From positions 801,340-865,339 of the forward strand of contig MU004243.1 of NCBI GenBank assembly GCA_010405405.1: a DNA stretch of 64,000 nucleotides, given 5' to 3'. The position numbers and the translations under genes are program-made. Shown here piece after piece: positions 38,101-51,891 of this stretch (positions within the stretch are counted from its first letter, which is position 1; every line of letters starts with the position of its first letter). Source of the DNA: Microthyrium microscopicum (lineage: Eukaryota). Below the pieces are notes generated by a model, which made no database searches, was not told the DNA's origin, and was given only the letters and a program-made list of their open reading frames with translations.

Positions 38101-38567
38101 TATCTGACAGACGCAAGCATAACTTTCGAGCGTATCGACGGCGGGATCTCACTGCAGGAACGTGAGCGCATTCTCAATAAATTCGCAACTCACAGAGACC
38201 TGCATGTCCTCATCATGACAACCGGGACAGGCGCATATGGATTAAACTTGACTGCTGCAAATCGGATTTTTATCATTGAGCCGCAGTGGAACCCTGCGGT
38301 TGAAAATCAGGCTATTGCGCGTGCCGTTCGTTTGGGCCAAGAAGAGAGTGTGCAAGTAGTACGATACGTGATGAATGGAACTGTTGAACAGGTTGGTATC
38401 AGTGAAACTTCATTCAGGTGTAGATAACTGACTTGAGGCAGGCAATGAGGTCGCAGCAAAACAAGAAGCTAATGATTGCGGGGATTCTGGATCAAAGTGC
38501 GAATGCGGCTGCTGACGAGCAGGAATCGATAGCGGAAAGCTCACATATCATTGTGGAAAATGATTGA
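35139..38567 (+). CDS. SNF2-family helicase of Rad5/Rad16/HLTF type with embedded C3HC4 RING (multi-exon)
   Basis: MTSLKRILND start, with intron 35282-35332 restoring the frame. GGVLADDMGMGKS (Walker A), IVLTTY, VVLDE|AH, RWCLTGTPIQN, RING CSIC...CRHAICDGC...CPIC, HELICc GLNLTAANRIFIIEPQWNPAVENQAIARAVRLGQ. Last exon 38442-38567. Confidence 0.92.
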
Positions 38568-41500
38568 AAAGATGTTGGCTTCATGTAAGTTCCAGTCGGC
38601 TAGTCCGATGGGATCTGTTCACACAGGCTTATGATACAAACCTAGAAGATGAGAGATTTGGAGTTGAGGTAATAGTTCGACAGTGATGAATCATGATTGG
38701 TTTTGTTCACTCGGTCCTACAATACAATACGATGACCAAGGCTAGCGGTCTACAACTCCCCCATGCTTCTGATGAAGGTTTTGTCTTTCTCAGCAGCTAC
38801 ACCAGCTCATCGACGCAGACTATCAGCAGCAAGCCAACTGGCTGGTGGGCGCTAAAACCTGCAATGAAAACATCGTGTCGCCGCAGTTTCGCTTCATTGT
38901 CTCAGGTTTTCTAACTTCCTTCCGATACATAACAGGACAACCATAGTCTGATCGTGAATGAATTCGGACAGCGAATAACCACTCGAGTCTGGACCCATGC
39001 TTATGGTCTGTCGGCCAGGTGAACGCTAAAATTGCAGTGCTTCGTTGTAGATCCCAGTACCCAAAGTGACGATCACTTCCTTTGCATAGCCAGCAGCAAT
39101 CCTGGGTGAAAACGAGGCAACGAATACCCATGCCTTCATCGAAAGGATCTCCTACGGGGATGTCGATAAATACCAGTATCATACACCATACCTTAAGTAC
39201 TTGGTGCTATCAATGAATACTTGCATATTACGCTAGGCGGTTGATCTCCGAACGCCATACCTTCGAAGACTGAAGCGTATAGTTTCTAATTGAACATGTT
39301 AAGATCTTTATTAGAAGTAGGGGTAAGAATACTAATTATATCTTTCTTAGAGTTTTATCAATCGTAGTTAAGTCTCTATGAACTAGGAAAGACCGATCGG
39401 GCTCTGAAAAATGCTGGGTATGGGGAGTACTTCACAGTAATACTCTGCGAGATTGAGATAATGCTCCAGAACAGCCAGCCGCAAAGAATTCCTTTCTTCT
39501 ACCGAGGTCGCTTAATGACTAGAAAAGCGCCCTTTCGATCACAGTTCGATAAAGCGATTTGCTATGGAGCTTAGAATTGCAGGTACTGATAATGAAATTT
39601 CTGCTACGCTATTTGCGACATTCGTGAGATTGATTGCCTAGAGAGAGATGTGATCGGTGAGGCGGATTCATGAAGACAGCGAATCTGCGGCGGTATAGTT
39701 GATATTAATCTCACCACGATCTGTGAAATAGACTCTATCTGGTCGACAGATGTACTTAACTCTGCGTTCCGACACCAGAAAGCCTTTCGAGTCGATATTT
39801 GTCCTATTTAAACCTTCTTGGGGTGGTAAAGGAGAATAACTTCGTCATATATTCCAGATTGTCCGTCGACTTCTTCTTTATCAAAATCCAAGAACACTCT
39901 TTTAACTACAACAGATTCTTTCTTTTCGTAAAATGATACTGCGTTGAGAGTACTTTCTAGGTAACCTAGTACCATTTCTTTCGAACACTGTTCAAGGCCC
40001 TAGCGAACCATTAAAGTTCTCGCTCCGTACTTTTCATAAGCAGGATCTGTTGCGACAAAATTAAGTCCTTTATTTTGTCAGTTCTCTTTACTAAAAACTA
40101 ACAAGCCTCAAGATAACTCACGATAGCATAGAGTTGATGACAGTGTTGACTCCTAAACCTTCTCAATTATACCGTGCCACCGGGTTAGGACCGCCAAGTT
40201 GACTCCCTTGGACCATGTTTACTCTGGCTCACTGTACTCTTCCTCTGGTAGTACTGGTGAAACCAATTTTGCAAATCCAATGACCTCGCTGTGACCTGTG
40301 TTATCATTTTTGGATGTGATAGCACGGACGACGAGAACCGTGATCTTCGGATCTTCGATATCTGCCCGCGTTTCCTATATTAGGCTCGGTTTCAACCCTT
40401 CAAGAGCCTCTGCTGTTGGAAATTGCGCCTTAAACAGTACCTATGTTAGAGCCAAATGCAGTCATGTGAATTTCAGCAATGCGAGCTGCATCGTCTGCCG
40501 TCGCCTCGGAGAGTTTGAGCTGCATTGTGAATGTAAGAGCTGAAGACTATACTTTTCACTAGCAGGACAAGAGCAGAATGAAGAAGATAACTGATGTCGT
40601 GAGTGCTCAAAACTGGAAAGGCGCGAGCGCAGTGGACACTTCGAAGGAACACAGGTCATAGGGCAGCTGCGCCTCAGACTGGTCGTATACTGACATATGA
40701 GGTAGGTATGTACCTTCGCGACCAGCATGCAACTTCTACAATCATATGGGGCTAATCGCAGATGTCTTGCTCTAGTCGTTGGATCAGCCTGTAATATATA
40801 CTTGTAATAGTATCGTAGGAGTACAATGGAGATCTAAACCATAAAGATGAAGTCAATGTTGGGCAGACGTCTCCACACAGTTCAGTGTCAATAGACTAAA
40901 AGGAGTGGGCTGATGCCTTTCGACAATCTGAGCAGCTTGAGGACACAAAAAAGTCGATATTTTGGAAGACCAAAAGTCAACGTTGGTCTGTGAGCCCACA
41001 TGGCAAATCGCAGCTATAAGTACACGGACTGTATGTTGAGCTATTCGTGATATTGAAAATGGTTTGATGTTTTTGGTGTACCGTAGCATTTTCGCTACCA
41101 GACTGCCACACCTAATTCACAAAATTACCATCATACTCTTTCCAAGATGGATAGTGTCATTGTCAACTGCACGACGATATTGAACTTCCATTTGTCTATT
41201 TTCCCGAGCAAAAGTACCCCTGAATGATGCGGCTAATCCATAATTGTGCCGAGTCTAGTCCAGAATGAGACGACCCAGGAATACGGACAAGCTTATCAGT
41301 CGCCCAACATTGGTCCAAAGGTTAGTCGCGTCAAAATGGGAAAACGTGTTGTCCCACGCTATTTCCCCTAGTGTTTGGGTTAAGCGTGTTTTAGCTCTGG
41401 CTTTGGTGTCACTTTTTGCGCAATCTTTTTGCCCACACTTTTCTGATCGTGACTTTTTTCAGCAGGATTGCTTGATATTCTGATAGAGGTTGTCCTGATA

Positions 41501-42510
41501 TCAGCTATCGACCTGAAAACCAGACTCAACGATTCCAAAGTCTTCCGTAATCCATATCTTGTCAATGATAAGTAACACAAGCAAGATCAAGTCAGCCACC
41601 TGCGCCGACCTTGTGCAGCCAACAGCTTCATGTGCAGCTTTCTCCACTCCGATGCAGTGATTGGATGCTCCAACGTCTTTCCCCTGTTCGAGTCTCGATC
41701 ACTTGCAATTGAAGATGGTCTGACTTCACCAAGTAGCCTAACGGAACTATTGTATCGGATCATGACCCTGTAGCCGTCCCCGATCACAGACAAGATTCAA
41801 AACAGTTGTACAGGGAATAAATATACACTTCCTGAAGGGCGGGGTTTGAAGTCTGGAGAACTGCTTTTACTTCGCGTGTTGTAACTTTCCAACTATCTTC
41901 TTCTTTCATATCTGCAAATCACTTTTCTTCTGATTATTGAGTTTGAATACGACCAGTGGGGTCACTGAACTCATCTCAGTTCTTTTTCGTATCTGCTTTC
42001 GCTTGCAGGTCCTCGTTATTACGACTGTTGGGTATGCTGCTACGAAGTGCTATCAATAGTTTGAGCAACCAACAACAGATTGAGAAGGTTTCCATGATCA
42101 CTGCTGTACTTCGCCAATCGTGACAGGTCGCTAATGCTGTGGGATTCTTAACCGTAACCCAGCCTCGTCTCGACTTTTCAGTTCGCAGCATTTGAGCTCA
42201 GGGGTACTGATAGTAGGGAAGCCCAGTCCACGCATCCTCAAGCTCTTGAACACATGAAGCCAGCCTAACAAGCCTGATATATCAAAAAGGCAGAATACGA
42301 GCTGTCAACCGAACAAAAGACGACGGTTGAATTTACTTTTCTCCGTCTACGTTACCGAACAACCGGGAAAGTGTCCAAATTCCAAGCGATCCAGCTTGCA
42401 GCAAAGGGAAAAAAAAGGTACTGGTACGCTAAATTGCTTCTTTGGTGGGCCGTCTTCCCCACTGGGCCGTTCACTATCTCCAGCGACGCAGCAACCCAAA
42501 GCAGAGACTC

Positions 42511-45500
42511 ATGCAGCCACGCAGCCGGCGGGCTAGATACCCTCCTCCTACCCAAAGACACTTGTCTCCTGCTGCAAAAAGCCCGGGCCTGGACAAACGC
42601 ATCACTCTGGTCACTGAGGTTAGTTTAACATCAGAACCACGTCCAGTGTCCCCTGCGCCAGAGCAGCTCCTACAACAACAATCGCTTCTCCGCCGTTCAG
42701 CCTCTGTGCTTTCTGGCGATACCCTCTTCTCCTACCCATCCTCCACCACTACATCCGCAATGGCCGCTCGCGGCGCGCGCAGTCGCAAAGTCGTCGAAAA
42801 AGTTATCAATAAGGAAGCAGACAAACGCCAAACCGAGCGCTTCAGCTCCATCGCGTCTCCCGGCCCTGATGCATCGCGCGTCACGTCTCCAGTCGCCGGC
42901 TGGCGGCGCAAGAATTCTGTTACCAACAGCGGAGCCTCAATCCGTTCAGGCGAAAGTGATTCGTCCACTAGTACGGGCGCTCGCATTGCCAAAACGCTGG
43001 CGGCAACCATACAACCAGCTCCGGAGGAGAAGTTTGTTGCGAAGAATAATAAAACTACCGCGGCTCCAAGGGGGCGCGGAGGAGGGGTTCCAGCGAAATT
43101 GTCAGAGGCCAAGAATGATCGTGCGCGAGTGCGATCAGTGAAAGCTGGAAGGTCAACACAATCATCGTTGGGTTTCAGACCATTGAGCCGATCGACAACA
43201 AGCTCGGAACGTGCACCCCACGCTCGATCGTGGGAGAACACCAGGGTCTGGTCTGGAGGTGTTGGGCTTCCAAAACAATATCGCGGCTTTGAGCATGTAA
43301 GATATCACTATCGAAACTGTGACTGAGGTTGGAATTATGCTAATTGCTGCTTGTTAGGATGATGACATGTGGATGTCGGATGGCAACTGCCTCATTTTCT
43401 TTGCGGAAGAAACCAACGAAGATGATCCTCGTCCCATGTGCCGTATGCACAGCCAAACTCTCGAACAAGCCCGATCAGTGTTTATGATCAATCTTCTACG
43501 ATATGGGGAGATTGTTGCAGAAGAAGACGAGCATGACTTTGCTCCACCATCATTCTCGTCCGGTCAATCGTCTCATGGTTATCAAAATACCTGGCCATTG
43601 ACCGAGGGATCTTTAGGAAATCTGGATGAAATGCTCGATGATCCTGGCTTTGATGATATACATGGTGCAGGCTTGTCGCCTCGTTTCAGCAGCAGAGATA
43701 CATGGTCTAGTGGACCAACTGTTGCTGGCTCGCCCGAACAAGTCACCCGTATACCATCACTTCCATTAAACAAGCACGTCGCTGAGAGTGATGGAAGTGC
43801 TAGTGCTTCAGCATCAAGAGCTTCTGATATCACTCATGAAATCTGGTTCCGGGCTCCATCTCATATCACCCGACCGGACATTCAACGGCGTCACCATATG
43901 GCTACTCGGAATTACCTGGCTCTTCTTTATGGTCTCCCTATCATTGGAAATGATTATTACGAGATGCTATCGGATCTTCAAAATGTAATGGACACCTACT
44001 ACGAACTCAATGATCAATCTGAAAGGTGGGATTCAGCTCAGGTCATCATCCAATATCTTCAACAGCGTCAGCTTGATGATGTCCGAGGCAACTTGTCAGC
44101 AGCTCTTGGACTTATGGCTTGGTCAGAACAAACATCCGTAAGGTGGGAAGCAGGTTATATTGAGGGCTTCGTTCATGCTGTAGGTATGATGAGCCAGAAG
44201 ACAGTAGATATGCGCGAGTTTAAGCTTCTGTCGCCTGTCAGTAAACACAAACTCCACAATGCATACGACTCTCAACAGCTTCGGTTCCTCGAAGCCGAAG
44301 AACGTCTCGCCAACTTCAACTTCCCAGAGCTGTGGTATGCAGAAGGCGTCGAAACCGGCCATACAGCTCAACGAGCGTTTGACGAATTCCGCGCATTCTT
44401 AAGCTGCTTCTATGCCACAGTCTGGAGTAGCTGGCCACCCAAAGAAAAGGACCATCAAGACCGATGGCTTAGCCGAACAGTCGTCAATCGACTCCAAGCA
44501 GATCTCGGCGCTCTATACGACTACATCGTCGATCGCGATATCAAATGGGATGTCAGTGAATCAAGGCATACACGCAAATGGGAAATGATATCACAGAGCA
44601 ACTACCGCTCTACCACATTCAATCCTGACATCCCCGGCCTGCCTGTCACCAACATGCTCGTCGGTTTCGACTCGTCCATGCGATTCGATCACATCCCCCA
44701 CCCCTTTCCTCTCGTCCCTGCGTCAAACGCACCCGCGAAAGAAAAGTCTGGCAAAAAGAGCTTCTTTGGCCGCCTTTCCAAAAAGGAGACGCCCGTCGTA
44801 GCAGGTCCTAAGGAGCAATATCAAATGGCTCTGGCCTTCAATGCCGCCACGAACGTCGACCGTCTAGGTACAGCTTTCAAAGGTAAACATCCACCCTTTT
44901 CAGTCCCTAGTTCTGCCTCTCTAACAAGATCATAGACAACAAACTCCTCGACACATTCCAGACCCACGAAAAGTCTTTCCCGCCAGCCACCCTCCCGCCA
45001 TCTGACGCCCGTCTCGGTCGCTGGATCCTACTCTACGCCGTCCTCCAAGTCCTCTCAACCCTCTCCACAGACGTTCTCGGCCTTCGATACGCCGCCAAAA
45101 TTCGCTACTTTGCCAACCCATCCATCGACGGCCTTCCTCCATGGCGCCACTCGTCTCCCAATGCGCTCACTCAGTCCACTTCTAACACCTCTCTCTCCTC
45201 ACCAAGCTCCTCAGGCCAACCAGTGCCACTAGTCCGCGCAGCCTCGCAAACCCTTTCATACTGCTGGCTCGCACCCGCCCGCTGGGCACGTGGACCGGAT
45301 AGTTCTGGCGCAATGACGCCGACGCCGCCGGCCTATGAGATGCCTGGCCCTTTACATGTTACGCCATTGCAACTTAACTCCTCACCACTATCACCACTAA
45401 ATCCTTCACAGCCAATGGGACCACAGCTAAGTACAGCAAGTCTAAACAGCATCCCACCAGGACTGAACCTTGACCGTGCAACCCTCTCACGAACAAGTCT

Positions 45501-45897
45501 GTCCGAGCTAGACGGCCACGCACTCGCCGCCCGCGACCGCGCATTAAAAGCCAATCCACTGGCCGCACCTCAAGCATTGAATCATCAATCCCCATATCCT
45601 CATGGCCATGCATTCCACCGGACACCACAGCCGTTAGGTCAAAGTCCGAACTTGGCACATGCCCCAGTGTACAGGACGAGTCCAACAATCTCACCCACGA
45701 TACCAAGCGGTTTCGCAGGTGCAGGAAATGGAGGACCAAACTACATGCCCGGCTCACCACTCTTAGCCTCACGCATCATGCAGCCGCCGCAGTTGGACGC
45801 GGGCATGTTAAATTCGAGACCTGATGTGCCAGCGCGGAGTCCACAGAGGGAAAAGGGCGATCCTATGGCATTGATGGGAAGACACGGGATTGCCTAG
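42511..45897 (+). CDS. Conserved fungal protein of unknown function with disordered termini; ~3 exons (42511..43296, 43359..44883, 44936..45897)
   Basis: Long ORFs joined by canonical introns. The core (GNCLIFF, RRHHMATRNYLALLY, EGFVHAVGM, ARLGRWILLYAVLQVL, GLPPW) resembles a widespread Pezizomycotina hypothetical family. The start codon is uncertain. Confidence 0.8.
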
Positions 45898-46201
45898 ATC
45901 ACTCTGCAATGTCTCTACGAGGAGAGGACCGATCAAAGCTACGGTTCGGGCGGACATAAAATTTCCTTTGTCATGTATGTTTCCGATTTGGAAAGTGCTG
46001 GATACCCTTATGTTTATTTTGTATCTATGTATGATGAGTTTATGTTGGTGGCAGATATACCTCCTATCGTGGCAGGACAGGTCATGTTATAGGAAAATGT
46101 AATTATGTCGGGAAAGGATATGTATCTTGCAGTTTATAGTATGTCAAGCTACAGCACGCTTGATGCGTGACTGTTAAAATCAGAATACTTCAGATGAATA
46201 C

Positions 46202-46262
46202 CAGTCAAGTGCATGGCAAAATAAATGGCGCTCTCCCATCAACGCTGATGGCTCCCACCGCC
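46202..46262 (+). repeat. Dispersed ~65-bp element with CCATCA-N4-TGATGG hairpin, copy 2
   Basis: cagtcaagtgcatggcaaaataaatggcgctctcccatcaacgctgatggctcccaccgcc, matching 23890-23953. Confidence 0.75.
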
Positions 46263-46526
46263 TCTTGTCTTTGTTAGCCACTGCATTGATAAAAAGTCAG
46301 AATGTGAACGTCTTCTATGGGAAACAAAACATTCGAGATTTCAGCGTGACGCCTAGTAGCTATCGCAGTGAATGCAGCACGCCTTTTACTTTGCCATGTG
46401 GTTGACAGTACCTTTTTCTGCTCTGCGAATTCAGCCTTGTGACAAGCCTTGCTCGAAAATCTGCCTCGTTTGTTTGTGTTGAACCAGCTTCTCATCTTTA
46501 CGGTTTGCGCCCAGCAGTTTCTCGTA

Positions 46527-47470
46527 GCACTGCAATTGTAGCGTACGCCAGTGCCTTCATATGTCTCAAAGTAGGCTATGTCGCGAGTACTGTGAAGTAA
46601 ATTCCTTCAGTCCGTAGAATCCTCGCTGAAGATGCTTGAATGTCAACTCTATCACGACAATCTTTTCTAGACTATTATATCTGCCCTCTACGAGGTAAAG
46701 CGTTTGATTGTTCTATATATTGACCTGAAGAACAGGAAACACTTTGTGGCTATACAGAGCGCAACGGTGATTTTCACGGCGAGGTCGGCTTTAGATCAAG
46801 ATTTCTGCTACTGTACAGTAGTCGTGAGCTAAAATTGCAGTGCAATAATGGTTATAGGAGCACGATTGTTCACCTGGATGATACCAGGGATGCTACTACA
46901 CGTCTATTCTCAGTATTGCACTGCAATTTTAGCGTCCGCCAGAGCCTTCTCTCATATTTGCGAAGGACCTGGAAGTACTGTATATCATAATTGCCAGTGA
47001 AGTGCTATCGTGCGCATTCCAATCCGATCGTCCTGACACTACGAATATTACTTGATGTACAGGCTACCCTACTTGTATCTTATGCTCTGCTAGCATGTTC
47101 TCAAGAGTACAGTGATCTACAATATCACATAACTACCTAAGTATATTATCATCTCATCTCAAAGATGTGATGTGGGTAGAAACTATCGTATCGTTGGGCG
47201 TCGCACAAAGTTGAAAGCGTTGACATCCGGCTGCTCTCGAGCTAAAACTGCAGTGCAAAGCATCACTCTAATCCTGGAGACTTAGCCGTGCACAGAAAAA
47301 TTACTCTTACGAACTATGCAGTCAACCGACGCGGAAGTACAGTACGCTTGACTTCCAAGGTTGGTTGTCTCAAGCCAATCAGAGAGCCTAAGCCTCAGTT
47401 TGACCCTACCAGTTGACTATTACTATGTAGATACGTACAGCACTGCAATTTTAGCGTCCGCCCAAGCCTG
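46527..47470. repeat. Cluster of five alternating-orientation copies of the GCACTGCAATTTTAGC(GTCC) motif
   Basis: Forward copies at 46527, 46914 and 47440; reverse copies at 46826 and 47239. 46828-46847 and 46914-46933 form a perfect 20-bp inverted repeat. Confidence 0.8.
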
Positions 47471-48022
47471 CCATCAGTCTAATGAGAGCCTGATACCATC
47501 AATCTACGGAAACGGTGGTGTGAGGCTTGTCTGGAATACAATTGTCATGATCACACCAGCACAAGAGCAAGATCGCAGTTCTCGTTGTGCTCGATATCAC
47601 GATACTGACCATGGCCCAATTTAGTTTCGCCAGCGACATCACTATCAAGAACGCCTAAGCAGATCGCTGAATATCAGCCAGCGCGGTACGTATCATTGAC
47701 ACTCTCCATACGGCAGCGAAGTCTGATCTGTAGCTTCAAAAGCGGGATTATACAGCCCCATAGCCGCCGCTTTACTAAGGTAATCTCAATAGCTGCATAG
47801 AACTACCTACACTAAACTACATTCCCACCAGCTACTTATTCTCGAACCAAAAAGCCTCGTCAAGAGGCTGGGCCTGCCAGTGATATTATACTACAACGCC
47901 AATATTTTACCTCCCGCGCCAATCTCATGGCTAATAAATACGTATCGATATCCGTAACTCCGTGCATTCCACTACAAAAGAAAGGAAACATGTATCGCTA
48001 ATGACAAGACAGGAAGTTAGAT

Positions 48023-50512
48023 CTACTCGGGCTTGGAAAGTAAGGTTGGTTCCACCCTCCGGCGCTTCATAGGCCGTGAGTCAGGTGCGCCATCCTGGTC
48101 GGGACGTTTTTCGGTGGACGATTCGGCAGCAGTTTCGCTTACTGCGTCGAGCTCGACTGTTGGTCGAATCTCGGTGTCTCCACGAAAGTTGCCGATGCCA
48201 CTGACACTACTACTCGCGCTATGAGTGCGGCCGCCTGGCATAGGGATGGGAGTTTCGGGCGGTGTCATCCAGCTGGGTACATTAGCAGGTACTGGGCCGG
48301 ACTGGGCGGCGGAGAGGCTGGGGACTGCTTGCATCGATGGTGTTTGATGCAGAAGAGTTGAATTTTGCGTAGTTGGGGCTTCACGCGGTGTGCTGGCATT
48401 GGATTGCGAGGCTCCAGGAGCGGTGACATTTGGAGCTGAAAAGGAGTTGTCTGCAGTGGTGCTGGGTACTGCGAATGATGCGGTGTTGGACGATGTGCTT
48501 ATGCTGCGTGCTGGGCTGGCAGGTCGTGGTCCCGAAAACGCCGATGTTATAGACTGTTGTCGTGGAAGTGGTGCTGGCAGCGCTGGAGCTAGCGGTGTGA
48601 CTGGTGTAACATTTGGAGTTGTGTTACCAGATTGATGGTTGGTGTTTATGGGAGTTCCTCGGTTGATTGGCTTTCCTTCGTAGACTTGGCCGAGTTCGCC
48701 TGGTGAGAACGATAGGCAGGAACAAAAGCCGTCTGATGAAGTCATCATGAGTGTCAGACCGTCATTCGACCTGCAAAGATTAGTAAAAGACAACACTTGA
48801 AATGTGGTATGGAAGACTTACCAGGCGAGATCAGTGAACGATGTCAAGTGCAGGTTGCTCACTACGCATAATGGCTTGGTCTGTTGAGTATCGTAGATGT
48901 AGACGGCATCTTGAGTTGCAACTCCATACACGATCCGGTATGGCAATGAGAATGCCATTGGCGGTCCAGGTGGAATAGAAGATGTAGGCGTACCGTCAGA
49001 TTCATAAGCCTTGTCGCCAGATTTCGGTGAAGGTGCTGTCATGCTCGGAGAAGGAGATGGAGCACTGGTAAAAGGAGGAGGGTCCATAGTAGAGCTCGAT
49101 ACAGACATCCGGTGCGATAGAGCAGGTTCTGGCAGAGCAGGAATTTCTTCACCAGCCGAGGAGGAATCGAGAGTAATATTCTTGGTTGCAACAGCAGTTG
49201 CACGCATTTGATAAAGGATAGGTGAACATCGCACTGCTATCGATGGCTTTTTATGGCCAGGTAGAAAGGCCACGGGAGGTTTGTTGAGGCCAGCTCGAGT
49301 GTAAATATACACGGTATTAACGATATCGTCTCCAGGTTGATTGACTCGGTATTGACCAGCTGGCGTAAAGAGAAGACTGCCATCGGGAGAGAAAGTAAGT
49401 CTTCGGAAGAAACTTGCGAGTGTTTCTCCAGCGTAGATAGGAGCTGCTCGAACTCCTGAACCCACTCCTAGGCCAATTGACATGCCCGACATTCCTCCCA
49501 TACCAGGACGAGGAGAATTGCTTGGCATAACGGCAGGTAATGGTAGTGATGGTGCAGGGGATGCTGAACGGCGTATGGACGGTGATGAGCCAAACGAGGA
49601 CCGTCTGCTATGTGATGTTGGTGGTGGGTTCATTGGCATCAAGCTTTGAGGAGTACCAGGCGCAGAGGGACCAGGCGAAGCAGCCAGATATTGTGTATGA
49701 TCAGACATGGAAGTTCTAGGAGCTAGATCCGGGGGAGCAGGACTACTAGAGGATATCCTCCGTCTCGCTGGCAGATCCATTTTGCTAATCTTGTGGTGAG
49801 GATCCAGTGAGAATTCGCCAGACTTTGTTTTGAGCGTATAGATGTGAACGGAGCGATCTGATGATTGCGTTGCAATGTACTCGTTGAGAGGATCCCAGGC
49901 AACACCTTGAACATAATGGCTGTGTTCGGCAATCTGACGAACGATACCACCGGTTGAAGCATTGTAGATACGGGCAACGTTGTCCATGCTGCCAGTGATG
50001 AAGAATTGGCCATCCGGAGACCAAGCAAGATCGTAGATCTCTGTGCCCATGCCTGCACACATCTTTTTAACACGCCATGATTCTTTCTCGTCGAGTCGTT
50101 CTTCGCCAAAAGGTACGGCAACTGGGGTATCAGAGAGCATCCATAGAATCACATTTCCATCATCTCCACCGCTGGCCAATGTATCTCCTATTTCATGTCA
50201 GACTTGCTCAATGAGCTCAGAAAGAAGTTTCCTCACCTTTTGGGGACCATCGAACAACATTGACGGCTTCTGTATGCTTTTTGAGGGTGGATAGATAGGA
50301 TACTTTTCGGTCTTCATTGTGGCTGTCGACTCGCCATAACTAAACAAAGATGAGTGATTGGTGGCAATATACTGGTTAGAAGGCCGTATACTCACACGAA
50401 CAACCTTATCTCCACCGGCTGTAGCTAGACGGTCTTGTACAGGATCAAAATGGGCTGAGTATATGGGAGCAGATTCCTCATGCCATTGCACAAGAAGAGG
50501 AGAAGCCTTCAT
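48023..50512 (-). CDS. CAC2: Chromatin assembly factor 1 subunit B (p60/Cac2), WD40, multi-exon
   Basis: MKASPLLVQWH..PIYSAHF, RLATAGGD, LASGGDDG, EIYDLAWSPDG, EHSHYVQGVAWDPLNEYIATQSSDR, FFRRLTFSPDGSLL, LPYRIVYGVAT, FTDLAW and a C-terminal KRRRVEP B-domain-like motif. Confidence 0.95.
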
Positions 50513-51891
50513 GGCGAGTGTCAATAATTGAGTATTATGAAGGTATCGTCGTTGATAGTTGATGAAAGGAAGGAGCGAAGGGCTATCGAGGGAGGTGTGT
50601 TGGAGATGTATGGGTGGTAGATGCCAGTTGGAGTTGCCGAGCTCAAGGTAAAGAGAGTGGTGGTGGTTGAAGGCTGAAGCGGAGGTTGAGGAGGAATCCG
50701 CCTAGCTACGTAGGCCACCAACAAGAAGCGCTCGAAATGGAGAAAGCTGCAATAAAAGGAGAAACTAAGCTGACGGGACTTGTAAAGGATGGTGGAGAAG
50801 ATAGAATGAGTGGAGGGGAGAATTAAGAGGTTGGCTGTTGGTTGCAGCTTTTGGTGCTAGGCCACTGAATAGTAGCTGGTGCTGGAGCATGTGGTGGGAG
50901 AGATGGCATCGGCAGGGGTTATCGGGTGTAAGAAGTAAGACGGCCCGGAATTTCGGGGTGCATTCATCAATGAAAGGCCATAAAACACATCAAACACTTG
51001 AAAAATGCAGGCGGTACTGGTTACAACAGGCCAATTGACAGTGTTGAGACCTTGAGGCCAGAGCTCGAACGCGTTTCTAACATCTCCAGAATTCAATTAC
51101 AACCTAATCAAGTCTAGCGAGGTTCACCACGCTAGCCTCCATCTGGCCTGGCTTCTCTTCAACTACCAACAGATCTTGTTGTCTTGTTTACTTTTCTTCC
51201 TTTCGTCCATTTTATCCATCAGCATTGGTGTGTACCGAGCTTTGTACCACCAAGGTCAGTTGTTGGTGGCTTCCTGCACTTTCATGTCTCTGGTCTCAAC
51301 TCATGCTGCGTTCAAGCAGCAAATACATCCCGATCTCCGTGTTTCAACCATTGCAGTCCTCAACTCATACCAGCATGGATACCTAGCAACCAATCATTTT
51401 AGACTTATTAAAGGTTCAGAGAAGAGTCAGAACGCAGTATATGTCTTGCTACGTGACAATACACATCAGTTTAGCTCCACAACGACTCTGACATACATTA
51501 TGACATGCTATGCGGCGAGGCAAGTACAAAGGACACCTTACCCATACACCACCTAGAAATCTTCGATTTAGACACCTGGTATTTGGTGAGCTCACTATGG
51601 TGCTTATATCGGTCCTCGTATCACTGGCTTCACATCGTCCTCTTCGGCCCCTTCATACCTCCCTTAGTGCACCTAAACACTAAGGCGTACTGCGAGATGA
51701 TGGAAGTAGCAAATTCGCTGGTTTACTCTCACTATATACCATATCTACTCCTTCGTTTTGATACAAAGACGAATCTGTAGAGGCACACAATGCACTTGGT
51801 AGTTACATGCGCAATTCTTTCATTGTTATGATCTCGAGAGGACCAGATATTACAACACTTCTGCCAACGCCGTATACCTACTCGACTACCT

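Noticed and set aside
39240..41200. Possible degraded gene or transposon downstream of the helicase
   Set aside because: Partly AT/TpA-rich, but I could not recognise transposase, RT or other protein motifs.
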